From Nemertoderma westbladi (taxonomy: Eukaryota > Animalia > Xenacoelomorpha), in assembly GCA_032718475.1 (NCBI GenBank), contig JAUCBJ010007667.1, positions 63,825 to 127,824 of the forward strand: 64,000 bases of DNA, given 5' to 3'. Positions within the stretch are counted from its first letter, which is position 1, and every line of letters begins with the position of its first letter. The position numbers were made by a program, and so were the translations under genes. Below the pieces are notes generated by a model, which saw nothing but the letters and a program-made list of their open reading frames with translations, searched no databases and was not told the DNA's origin. This document shows, one piece after another, positions 1-10,788 of this stretch.

Positions 1-3000
1 GTGTTACTCTCTCTATGGTACAGTGGACGCGATGGATTTGGTGTCTTCGGCAGGAGAAATTACAAGGAGGCATTAGCAGTAATAATAATAACTGAGTTGA
101 CCCAGGAAACGGGATAGGAGTTGGGTAGTGAGTCACGGGCTGCATATCGATCACATAACCGGGACAACTCCATCTATAATTATCCGCGTACCGACACGCG
201 TGCAGGTAGATAGATAAATGGATGTGGGTGGAAGGATATAAAGTCCATTCCATCCTCTACGGGTTTACGTATTCCGGAGAGGTACGCGCGGACTATTTCA
301 TTAATCGCTAGGACCTTCTCCACTATCAACGGGGGAAGAGTAAGTTGGAATATTTCAACGATCCCGGCTCAACTAATTGGGTTGTAAACGGTGCATACAC
401 GGCGGGAGCGAGTTCCTACATCTCGGTTTAACTCCACGCATGTTACTCTGTTAATTATCCCTTAACATTTCAATGTGTTTTGTTCGTGGCATAGCAAAAC
501 AAGGGTATATGGTGCGCAGTAACCCCGTAAGGATTAGGAAAATATCCATAAACATTGGAGGAAGAAAGCCCTTAGGCGCAATAAATATGAGCCGCAAATA
601 TTTGGTTGTCGGCGGTTTGACACATCTTCCCAAAGTCCAAGAAGCATCTCTCCCTTGGGGGGAAATAGCAGAGGAAACGGGGAATATCAACTGCAAAATA
701 ATAGGAAACCAATATTCTAATACTCGGAAAATACTCACAACTATACAGCGCAGCTGATAAAGTAACTCATTGGCCTTATTATATTTATAATTATTTTACC
801 TTTCAAATGGCGCTACAAACGATAGTCAGTCACATACAAGTCACGAAATGTACGTGAACAATAATAAGGGCTCGGACAGTCTGGATACTTGGCAGCACTT
901 CAACACTTAAACTATTTAATAAATTTATTAGACTCTATAATTTCCAAATATACGTGATTTGAATTGAAACATAAAAATACTTTAAAGTACAATAAATATT
1001 GTTCACAATACAACTTATTAATGTGAAATTGTGACCAAAAGCTATCACACGTGCATAACCTCGATAGGCGCTTCATATTAACGATTAACGCATTTAGTTA
1101 GATAAGATCGCGTAAATGATTCATCATTCTTCCTGTTGGGTTCAGAGTAGAAAGTCCAATTACGCAATTAACGGCGGCATGGACGCGAGATACTCACTTA
1201 GCTCGTTGGCCAAAACAACAGGAGGGCGGTCAAAGAGATAGAGGGACCAATAGCAAGGAAGAAACCCCGTGGAGTGAGGGTCGGCCAGAAATGGGATTAT
1301 CCACAGGGTCCCTAACCCATCCGACAAGGGAAGGCCAAACCGAGAGGCAATTAATCCTCTAGGAAGTGGGGCATCGATTCCCCGAAATATACCTGCAATC
1401 AAATTACTCGAAAATCTTAGATAATTAAGCTGTTGTGCACATCATAGAAACCCGCTTGCAAACATACACATAGACAGAATTGTTAGTCGCGATTTTACGT
1501 GACCGTGAAATTGACAAGATAAGCCAATTATTGAGGGCATTTGCGGTGCACTAACTACACTAACTATATGCAAAGGGTGTGATTCGAGTTCCTCGAGCGA
1601 TGTATTAAACGGGGAAGCAGGAAAGGCGAGCTCCGCATATAGACGGCAACGTGACTCATAACGACTAAGAGTTTAATTAGGTTAGATAGATTTAGTTCAT
1701 CCCGAGCTTGTTGGGTAGGGAACCTGGGGTCCGAGGTACTTGGTACCGACAGAGATACTGGCCTGTTTGGCCGGTCGCGTCCAGAGATAAAGGTTGGAAC
1801 AATGAGAGGAATCAGGAGCTGCCATCTGTAGGTAACAATGGAGGTATTTAGAGCGGTGCCTGACGGCTGTCCCAAAGGTGCTCGCGAGATAGAGAGCTAG
1901 ATGCGAGGCATGATGGTAGATTAGGGAGGAATGAATGATACGGGGTAAAACAGAACCCCGGGGCACCCTATCCCCAGGGTAGACTGCCGACCTACCGGTG
2001 TGTAATTTGGTTTCCCGAATCAAGTATTCGTTGGATCGGCAATCAATATACAGCAGAGTAGAGAGGCACCGAGAGAGAGAGAGAGATTCCATTTGGGTTG
2101 GTAATGCAAGTAGGTAGGTTTGTAGTAATGTAGCCCCGAGCGGTGATTACAGGTACACGTTAGTCAGATAACCAGGAATATTTACAAACCCACTTAGCGG
2201 ATGTTTCGAAAAAACAGACTGATTATCAATATTTTTGTCATATTTGCACAATATTTATAACACGTATTCGAGATTCTTCAAGATTTAAAATTACAAAAAC
2301 AGACTGTCGTCGTATTGTTTTCATTGTACACTTGAAAAGTGCAAATAAAATGTGAGCGTCAATAAATAGTTGATCTAAAACAAAATATAGACCGAGACAG
2401 CACTAGAAGCAAAGCATCCCCAAAAAATATGTTACCAAACTGCACTAACCAAAAAATACTACAGAGGGGTTTATCAGTTTGACAGTTTTACTTAGGGTTG
2501 GGGTGATTATACCATTGACCGCCATTCCACATGATTCAAAACTCATATTTTGATAATTTTAGCAATTTCTGGATCGGTTTATAATATTACGGCGTCGACA
2601 AAGTTAATATTGGGGCGAAGAATTGCAACAAAATAAAAAGTACTTTCTCTTAGTATGAAGTAAATCAATTACTAATGGCAGTTCCGAACGAGAAAATATA
2701 ATAATAGTTTATTTTTTAGCTTTGCAACAATGGTTAGCAGATTACAATAGTAATACAACTTGTTATAATGATCGCCAGCTTATTAGGCGTGGCTGTGTTC
2801 CAAGGAGTTCAACAATACGTGCGTGTATGATGTAAGATAAGTATTGTCTTACATTCATTAACATGAATCAGTGCCCGAGGTCGAAAGAATGTAAAAAAAC
2901 AACACGAGTGCGTGAAGTTTTCGATTGTTCACAGCACATACACGCGGTAGAGGGGTGTTTGACTCCAGGGGCTGTTATTACGGTATTTTCTTGGAGTTGT

Positions 3001-3884
3001 TGACTTGGGAGTTTGGTGGAATGAATGTCCTAACATATATAATATCCATTTGTGCCGTACAGGAATAATTAGAGTTTGTGGTGATGTCTTTGAGATGGCA
3101 GGCTCAGCCTTGAGAAATGATAAGAAAGATAAAGAAAATAAGGGCTTCTTAATGCCCAACTGTCAAGGTAACGGCCGTATCGGTTATGCTTAATGAAGGT
3201 AGCGAGAGGGGATAGGCGTCGGACAGTCTGGAGTTCCATACTGCCGTGGGTTAGCAGGGGGGGGCGGAGCTACGGCACCATTGATTGATAGATAGTTAGG
3301 GTCCGATAATACGGACAATAGATTCCCGATAACAGGCCACACCGTTGGGGTCAGTAGAATAATAAAGGCCCATTGTTGGACACGCCCCCCATTCCATACT
3401 TGTGTTGCCTGCAGGGCAGGTGTGGACTGCCTGCGAGAGAGAAGGTTACGCAATTATACATGTTTGTAGGTATTATCTGCGTAATGGCACGTAATATTTG
3501 GGTATAGGTTATGTGTCGAGAGCCTCGGGTAAAAATATAAGTGGTAATTAACTTTTCATTCATCACGCATGACCGAATTCTATTTTATATTACTTCACGG
3601 GGTTCGGCAGCGGTGCGGTGATGCTTTACGTGAAAACCAATTTTTGTTGTAACAAATGGAACGAATTTTATAATAGTTATTTATTATTATTGTTTGTTGC
3701 TGCAGTTAAAACTGTTTAGAGAACGTGATGTGTGGGGTGGGTGGGGGGAGGGGGGGAGGGGGTGTGGGGGATGTGTGGATAAATAATTCTGTGGAGGTTG
3801 AAAGAATATTAGTTTTCTCAATAAATTCAGGAACCAAAGGGTTATTTCTAACCAAAACAATAAACTAATTAAAAACTCCGTATG

Positions 3885-4170
3885 ATACAAGTACACGTTC
3901 GTGGGGCATCGCGCAGCACGCGAACTGGAGCAAGTTTGAAACAAGTTTAATTTGATCTGGAGCCAAAAGTTCGAGAGGTATTTGCCCGTAACTTTAAAAA
4001 ATATTGTAACTTATTCTCTATCATGCCCATACAAAATTTAGTTGAAAATAGTTAAAATCTTCAAAAGTTATTTACGAATGAATTTTTCATTACAGACGGA
4101 CAGACAGACAGACATTAAATTTTGTCCTATTTACTAATTATAATTGTGCGCTAAGGCTCGCCCCACAATG
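3885..4170 (+). mobile_element. Probable Helentron-associated non-autonomous element (HINE/DINE-1-like)
   Basis: GTGGGGC (3901) and its inverse GCCCCAC (4160); a (GACA)n microsatellite ACAGACGGACAGACAGACAGACA (~4092-4114); a 3' stem-loop ATTGTG...CACAAT (4144-4169). This layout is typical of HINEs. Boundaries approximate. Confidence 0.45.
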
Positions 4171-4927
4171 CGCCATAATGCTAACATAAGTCATAAATGT
4201 TAATAAATGCAAAATAATATAGTTTGTATTACTTTATGCAATTGAATTTTGACAGAAAAGTTTAAAAAACTGGTACAGAAGGGGTTGGGGGTGGGGTGGG
4301 GGGGGGGTTGAAATGTAGCGAAACAATTCAGATTTCAAATAATTTAATACAATTTATTATTCGCCCAGTAACTGTTTTAACGTACAGTAAATTATATAAC
4401 AGTAACTAATGAAAGGGAATCCAAACAAACTGAAACTATATAAACATTGTAGAAACACAAACAACAAATCAAAACACAGAAAAGTCACCAAAACAAACCT
4501 TATAAATGTGACGTCACCATCAGCCATAATATGGTAATTAGATAATACTTTGACGGCCAAAATCTCGATTTTGGAGACTTTTCTGTGTTTTGACACAATT
4601 AATCTTGTATTTAATTAATTAATAAGCGCTAGTGAGACCAAATTATCTACAAAAAGCAGAAAGACTTGAGCCGAAATCATTGACGACAAAAGTTTTAGCC
4701 TATTATGTTACAAAGCAAAGTTAGTCAGGATTTAATTTAATTTAATTATAAGAAAATGTTTGACGCACCAAGGCGGTTAGTTGGGACGCTAAATGCGCGC
4801 GACATAAAACCAGATCCGGGGAATTTCACCTTAAAAACAAAAACTCCCCGACAGTTAAATAGTAAAATGGAGAGAAGCGAATAAATAAATCAAAATTAAT
4901 AATAATAGATTTCCTGTGTTCGGATGA

Positions 4928-5082
4928 GGAACACCTAGACTCCTTAGGGTGCACACAGAGTGACAGCCTATAATAGGAACACCTAGACTCCTTAGGGTGC
5001 ACACAGAGTGACAGCCTATAATAGGAACACCTAGACTCCTTAGGGTGCACACAGAGTGACAGCCTATAATCGGAACACCTAG
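4928..5082. repeat. 48-bp tandem repeat, 3 copies plus a partial, downstream of the striatin stop
   Basis: Unit GGAACACCTAGACTCCTTAGGGTGCACACAGAGTGACAGCCTATAATA starts at 4928, 4976 and 5024, with a partial copy at 5072. Confidence 0.95.
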
Positions 5083-5202
5083 CACTGGGGTGTTGGTGTC
5101 TATTTGGTGGAACACCCCCACTTTAAACAACACCTTAACGGGTGTTAATCAACCGGAAACACTTAACGATTCAACCTCTTCTGTAAGTGTCCGACCCCAC
5201 CG

Positions 5203-5796
5203 TTATACGAACACCTTAGCTAGTGCGTCGGCGCCCGCACTCGCTATGTACGATTTACTAGGATGGAACGCAACATCGAATATGGACTCATCGAGTTTCC
5301 TCCGATGGCTGGTAATCTCCTGGAAACAGGTCTTATAGCCCATGGACCAGAGTCGGATGGAGCAGTCGTGGCTCCCGGAGAGCAGATAGAGTCCGGAGGG
5401 GTCCACACTCACCGAGGTCACCGCGTCCAGATGGGCCACCATCGTGTGGACGAGTTTACCCGCGTTGGGGTCGTAGAATCGGATCTGGCGGTCCTCGTGG
5501 GCCACCACCACGAGCGGGCACGCCGGCAGCGTGACCACCCGGTTCACCTGCTGTCTGCGCGACGGGACTCCCTCCACCTCGGGCGGCTGCAACGCGATCA
5601 CCAGCTGCCCCGTCTCGATGTCGTAGACCAGAGTCCGGGAGTCGGTCACCCCGACTACCAGTTGGCCCACCTCGCAGTGCAGGAAGTCCACGCACGTCGG
5701 CGTTGTATCCTGCAAGGTGATGCTGGTGAGCATAGACCGGTTTAAAGAGTCGCTGTCCCATAGCTTTACTGTGGAGTCGGCAGAACAGGAAAGAAC
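5203..5796 (-). CDS. STRN: Striatin, last coding exon (C-terminal WD40 repeats)
   Basis: After acceptor TTTATTTCAG the exon reads VLSCSADSTVKLWD... in frame into the 176-aa ORF ending SGSHDCSIRLW...HRRKLDESIFDVAFHPSKSYIASAGADALAKVFV*, the diagnostic striatin C-terminus. 594 nt = 197 aa + stop. Confidence 0.95.
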   Translation of the reverse strand, partial: VLSCSADSTVKLWDSDSLNRSMLTSITLQDTTPTCVDFLHCEVGQLVVGVTDSRTLVYDIETGQLVIALQPPEVEGVPSRRQQVNRVVTLPACPLVVVAHEDRQIRFYDPNAGKLVHTMVAHLDAVTSVSVDPSGLYLLSGSHDCSIRLWSMGYKTCFQEITSHRRKLDESIFDVAFHPSKSYIASAGADALAKVFV

Positions 5797-5937
5797 CTGA
5801 AATAAAGTTATTATACTATATTTTATGTTTATTTATTTTATTATTTTATATTTTGTATCATTTACCTCTATTATTAATTAATATTTATTATATCATTTGA
5901 ACCTCATCTTTTGATAATTTACTGTATGTGGACCCAC
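5797..5937 (-). other. STRN: 141-nt phase-0 GT-AG intron of striatin
   Basis: Donor CAG|GTGGGT at 5937 and acceptor TTTCAG| at 5797; very AT-rich. Removing it joins ...HRTKSQ|VLSCSAD... into an intact WD40 repeat. Confidence 0.9.
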
Positions 5938-7638
5938 CTGGGACTTCGTACGATGCACGGCCAACCCCCATACGGCGTCTGAATGCCCCGTGAAGGTGTC
6001 GGCTAACACCCCCGGCTCGTAGCTATCGTACGGATCCACCGAGTGGCTGGGCAGCGACCAGACCCGAACGGTCCCGTCCATCCCCCCGCTGTAGACCATC
6101 TCGCCCCCGTGGTGCACCCCCAGACTCAGTACGGCGCCCACATGGCCCCGGAACGTCGCCACAGGCTCCACGTCCAGGGTGGCCGACTTCTTGACCGGCA
6201 CCGTCTTCTCGAGATTCCACAACTTCAGCGTCTGATCCTCGGAGGCGGTGACGACCAGCGACTCGGTTGGGTGGAACTCGACGGCCCGAATCGAGTCGAA
6301 GTGACCCCTCAACGTGTACCTCGGGGACCAGGTCTTCCGGTAACTCTCGGACGCCGCGGTAGTGGACCCGCTCGCTACGCTCCACTCCCCGGCGACCAAC
6401 GGCTCCGCCTCGTTGATGATGTTGAGCCCGGCGAGGTCGCCGAGCCCCAGGGCGGCGCCCATGTTGATGCCGTCGCGTCGAACGTCGTCGAACAACGCGT
6501 CCGGCATGGTGTCCTCCGAGCCGACGGGGTCCGACGCTGGTTTCACCGAGGAGCCGTCCTCCTCGTCCTCCAGGATGTGCAGCATCTCCTGCAGTACGTC
6601 GCGTTTCGGCCGTTGCGTCGACTTCTTCCCCTTCCTCTCCTTCTTGTACAACTCCTTCTTCTTACTGATGACGGTCTGATCGACGTTCCACTCGTCTCCG
6701 GCTCGCGTCCACTCATCCCCGGATCCCTTACCCTCCGGTCCCTCGATAGAATCCCATTCGTCGGCACCATCTACCACCTCATTGAGAACCTTATCGATCT
6801 CCTTAATGGCCTCAGCGGTCTCCGCGTCCTCATCCGCAGCCGGCTTCTCTACATCGGAATCCTCGTCGCTCTCGTCCGAATCCGGCTCGGTCTTGGCGTC
6901 GTTCACGTACGTCTCCATCGGCGGAAGGGCTTTCTTCGCGGCCGGTTTTTCCGAGGGCTCCTTCAACCCCTTGAGGTGCTCCCCGTTGAGGAGTTTATCG
7001 AGACTCTCGATGTCCAGCGAGCTGTCCCGCGTGGACAGCCCGAGGAGGGAGCGAACCCGCCCGGATCGGACGTCCAGGATGGTGTCCGTGTACCCGATCT
7101 CCTGCAGGTACTGCCGCAGCAGCTGGCGTCCCTGCCGCCAACTCATCCCGCCGTTCCCCTTCACCACGCCCCCCAGCGACTGCTCCTCCCCGGCGTCCTC
7201 CGACCCGGAGTCGAACGGCGGCGGATGGAGATCCCGTAGATCCTCCGGAAGCTCCGAGCCGTACTTCAGTTTGTAATGCTTCGCCCTTTCTTGCTTCAAG
7301 GCGAATTCCAACATTTTTATCCGTCGAACTAGATCGAGTTTAAGATTCTCCTGACCTTTGCGTTCCCCTTGAAGGAACGCGATTCTCGCCTGGAGTTCCG
7401 CGCGTTCCACCTCCCAATGGGCCCGCTCCATCTCGAACCGACTCCACTCGTGTTGTATGAAGTGGAGGATACCGGGGATGGAGTAGCGGGAGTTATCGAA
7501 ACCGAGTTGTTTCGCGCCGGAGAGTAGGGTAGGGCCGGCGCTCTGGGAGCCCATAGCGGCGGACACAACGGGGGGGATCACGTGCTGGAAACTGGTACCG
7601 GTAGACGTTGTCAGTGGCCCAGACATGTGGTCTTCCAT
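5938..7638 (-). CDS. STRN: Striatin, first coding exon (caveolin-binding motif, coiled coil, CaM-binding region, acidic linker, first WD40 repeats)
   Basis: Contains YSIPGILHFIQHEWSRFEMERAHWEVERAELQARIAFLQGERKGQENLKLDLVRRIKMLEFALKQERAK, WRQGRQLLRQYLQEIGYTDTILDVRS and WD40 repeats. An acceptor (TTTTTTTGTTTCAG|) opens the exon at 7650; the first ATG is at 7638 (MEDHM). Confidence 0.93.
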
Positions 7639-7769
7639 TCCCGTTACAAACTGAAACAAAAAAACAATTGGTTATTAATATGTTACCATGTTAAGCTGCT
7701 TATTATATTACTTTTTCATAATATTTATTTCATATTTATTCAAATAAATTCAAAATATTCATAGTTAGT

Positions 7770-8140
7770 AAATTAATAAGTAATTAAACAGGACTAAGGA
7801 TGATCCAACTCTATAGCAAATGGAGCGGAAAAAATGAATTCGCCACCAGCGGGGATTGAACCCGCGTCTCCCGATAAACGTTCAGGTATGCTAACCACTA
7901 CATCACGGAGGCTCCTGCATCTTTCCGATTGATTTGCTATAGGTGGTAAGCTACGTTACGGTTGCTATTGAATACAGTCCTCCTTACGGATGGATTTAAT
8001 CTGTATTCTAATACAGTAGCAGTTATGACCTGTACTGCAAACGAATGTTATTGTATATGTGTTTAACATCCATAGATTGTATAAATTAATTTACTTATTA
8101 ATTTATACAATCTATGGATGTTAAACACATATACAATAAA
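7770..8140 (-). mobile_element. TSD-flanked ~370-bp non-coding insert with internal tRNA-like core and terminal fold-back
   Basis: 13-bp direct repeat ATTCATAGTTAGT at 7757-7769 and 8141-8153; tRNA-like core at 7841-7912; 43-bp perfect inverted repeat at 8048-8090 / 8097-8139. Confidence 0.7.
7841..7912 (-). pseudogene. tRNA-like sequence (pseudo-tRNA / SINE-type Pol III cassette)
   Basis: Minus strand GCCTCCG TG ATGT AGTGGTTA GCAT A CCTGA ACGTTTA TCGGG AGAC GCGGG TTCAATC CCCGC TGGTGGC G folds as a cloverleaf with A and B boxes, followed by a T6 run. The anticodon loop lacks U33 and purine-37 and the acceptor stem has a T-T mismatch, so it is unlikely to be a decoding tRNA. Confidence 0.8.
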
Positions 8141-8215
8141 ATTCATAGTTAGTTATGTTTGTTTATTGTAGTATGTGTGTGTATGTATTTTCAGTGTAGT
8201 AGTTTTAGTAAACAC

Positions 8216-8318
8216 CTTTATGGGAGTCCATGCTGGGCTCTAAATGCTGATGACACCAAATCTCTGGATGTCATTTACAAGAATGCTATGCCGGGTTCAT
8301 TGTGTCAAGTACAATGCA
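8216..8318 (+). mobile_element. Short RTE LINE fragment
   Basis: Reads LYGSPCWALNADDTKSLD, matching LYGSPCWALTAEDSKSLDG of the copy at 23.7-25.2 kb. Confidence 0.85.
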
Positions 8319-8417
8319 ATAGAGAGATAACTGAACTCATGGCTGTGAATTGAAATTGCTCTTTACTACAATTATTACTATAAAATCCTAGAATCAAATA
8401 AATCAGAATCAAGGTAA

Positions 8418-10788
8418 GGGACCTAAAGCTCACAATGACCTAACGCACCTGGGACCTAACGCTACCTGGGACCTAACGCCCCATGGGACCTAACCCAACT
8501 GGGACCTAACGCACCTGGGATCTAACGCACCTGGGACCTAACGCACCTGGGACCTAACGCACCTGGGATCTAACGCACCTGGGACCTAACGCACCTGGGA
8601 CCTAACGCTACCTGGGACCTAACGCCCCATGGGACCTAACCCAACTGGGACCTAACGCTACCTGGGACCTAACGCCCCATGGGACCTAACCCAACTGGGA
8701 CCTAACGCACCTGGGATCTAACGCACCTGGGACCTAACGCACCTGGGACCTAACGCACCTGGGATCTAACGCACCTGGGACCGAACGCACCTGGGACCTA
8801 ACGCTACTGGGACCTAACGCACCTGGGACCTAACGCCCCATGGGACCTAACGCACCTGGGACCTAACGCACCTGGGACCTAACGCCCCATGGGACCTAAC
8901 GCACCTGGGACCTAACGCACCTGGGACCTAACGCCCCATGGGACCTAACGCACCTGGAAACTAACGCACCTGGGACCTAACGCTACGGGGACCTAACGCA
9001 CCTGGGACCTAACGCCCCATGGGACCTAACGCACCTGGGACCTAACGCACCTGGGACCTAACGCCCCATGGGACCTAACGCACCTGGAACCTAACGCACC
9101 TGGGACCTAACGCCCCATGGGACCTAACGCACCTGGGACCTAACGCACCTGGGACCTAACGCCCCATGGGACCTAACGCACCTGGAACCTAACGCACCTG
9201 GGACCTAACGCTACCTGGGACCTAACGCACCTGGGACCTAACGCTACCTGGGACCTAATGCACCTGGGACCTAACGCACCTGGGACCTAACGCCCCATGG
9301 GACCTAACGCCCCATGGGACCTAACGCACCTGGGACCTAACGCACCTGGGACCTAACGCCCCATGGGACCTAACGCACCTGGAACCTAACGCACCTGGGA
9401 CCTAACGCTACCTGGGACCTAACGCACCTGGGACCTAACGCTACCTGGGACCTAATGCACCTGGGACCTAACGCACCTGGGACCTAACGCCCCATGGGAC
9501 CTAACGCACCTGGAACCTAACGCACCTGGGACCTAACGCTACCTGGGACCTAACGAACCTGGGACCTAGCGAATCTGGGACCTAACGCTACCTGGGACCT
9601 AACGCTACCTGGGACCTAACGCATCTGGGACCTAACGCTACCTGGGACCTAACGCATCTGGGACCTAACGCTACCTGGGACCTAACGCCCCATGGGACCT
9701 AACGCTATTCGGACCTAACGCTACTGGGACCTAACGCTATTCGGACCTAACGCTACTGGGACCTAACGCTCCTGGGACCTAACGCTCCTGGGACCTAACG
9801 CTCCTGGGACCTAACGCTCCTGGGACCTAAAGCTCATTGCGGAGGGACTTCATGCCCCATGGGACCTAACGCTACTGGGACCTAACGCCCCATGGGACCT
9901 AACGCTATTCGGACCTAACGCTACTGGGACCTAACGCCCCATGGGACCTAACGCCCCATGTGACCTATCGCTACTGGGACCTAACGCCCCATGAGACCTA
10001 ACGCCCCCATGGGACATAACGCCCCATGGGACCTAACGCTATTGGGACCTAACGCTACTGGGACCTAACGCCCCATGGGACCTAACGCCCCATGGGACCT
10101 AACGCCCCATGGGACCTAACGCCCCATGGGACCTAACGCCCCATGGGACCTAACGCTACTGGGACCTAACGCCCCATGGGACCTAACGCTATTGGGACTT
10201 AACGCTACTGGGACCTAACCCACCATGGGACCTAACGCTACTGGGACCTAACGCCCCATGGGACCTAACGCTATTGGGACCTAACGCTACTGGGACCTAA
10301 CGCCCCATGGGACCTAACACTACTGGGACCTAACGCCCCATGTGACCTAACGCCCCATGGGACCTAACGCCCCATGGGACCTAACGCCCCATGGGACCTA
10401 ACGCTATTGGGACCTAACGCTACTGGGACCTAACGCCCCATGGGACCTAACCCTGGGACCTAACCCCCCATGGGACCTAACACTACTGGGACCTAACGAC
10501 CCATGGGACCTAACGCCCCATGGGACCTAACGCTATTGGGACCTAACGCTACTGGGACCTAACGCACCATGGGACCTAACCCTGGGACCAAACACCCCAT
10601 GGGACCTAACGCTATTGGGACCTAACCCCTCATGGGACCTAACACTGGGACCTAACGCCCCATGGGACCTAACGCTATTGGGACCTAACCCCCCATGGGA
10701 CCTAACACTGGGACCTAACGCCCCATGGGACCTAACGCTATTGGGACCTAACGTTACTGGGACCTAACGCCCCATGGGACCTAACGCA
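8418..10788. repeat. 16/17-bp minisatellite (GGGACCTAACGC + ACCT/TACCT/CCCAT/TACT/TATT), ~2.4 kb
   Basis: Direct tandem units with a period of 16 (e.g. 8533 to 8549) or 17. Confidence 0.98.

Noticed and set aside
451-4596. Short ORFs of 60-130 aa in the first 4.6 kb, and similar ones at 11-21 kb and 38-46 kb
   Set aside because: No recognisable motifs or consistent exon structure, and many start at non-ATG codons; consistent with chance ORFs.
5893-5937. C-terminal VGPHTVNYQKMRFK of the 588-aa ORF
   Set aside because: Read-through into the intron; splicing at 5937/5797 restores the WD40 repeat.
6043-7239. 398-aa plus-strand ORF and other ORFs overlapping striatin
   Set aside because: These are antisense or alternative-frame shadows of a GC-rich coding exon, with no recognisable domain.
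7841-7912. Functional tRNA-Asn(GTT)
   Set aside because: Non-canonical anticodon loop (ACGTTTA), an acceptor-stem mismatch, and it sits inside a TSD-flanked insert.
8418-10788. CRISPR-like array (constant repeat plus variable part)
   Set aside because: The variable parts are only 5-7 nt and recur; there are no cas genes and the context is eukaryotic.
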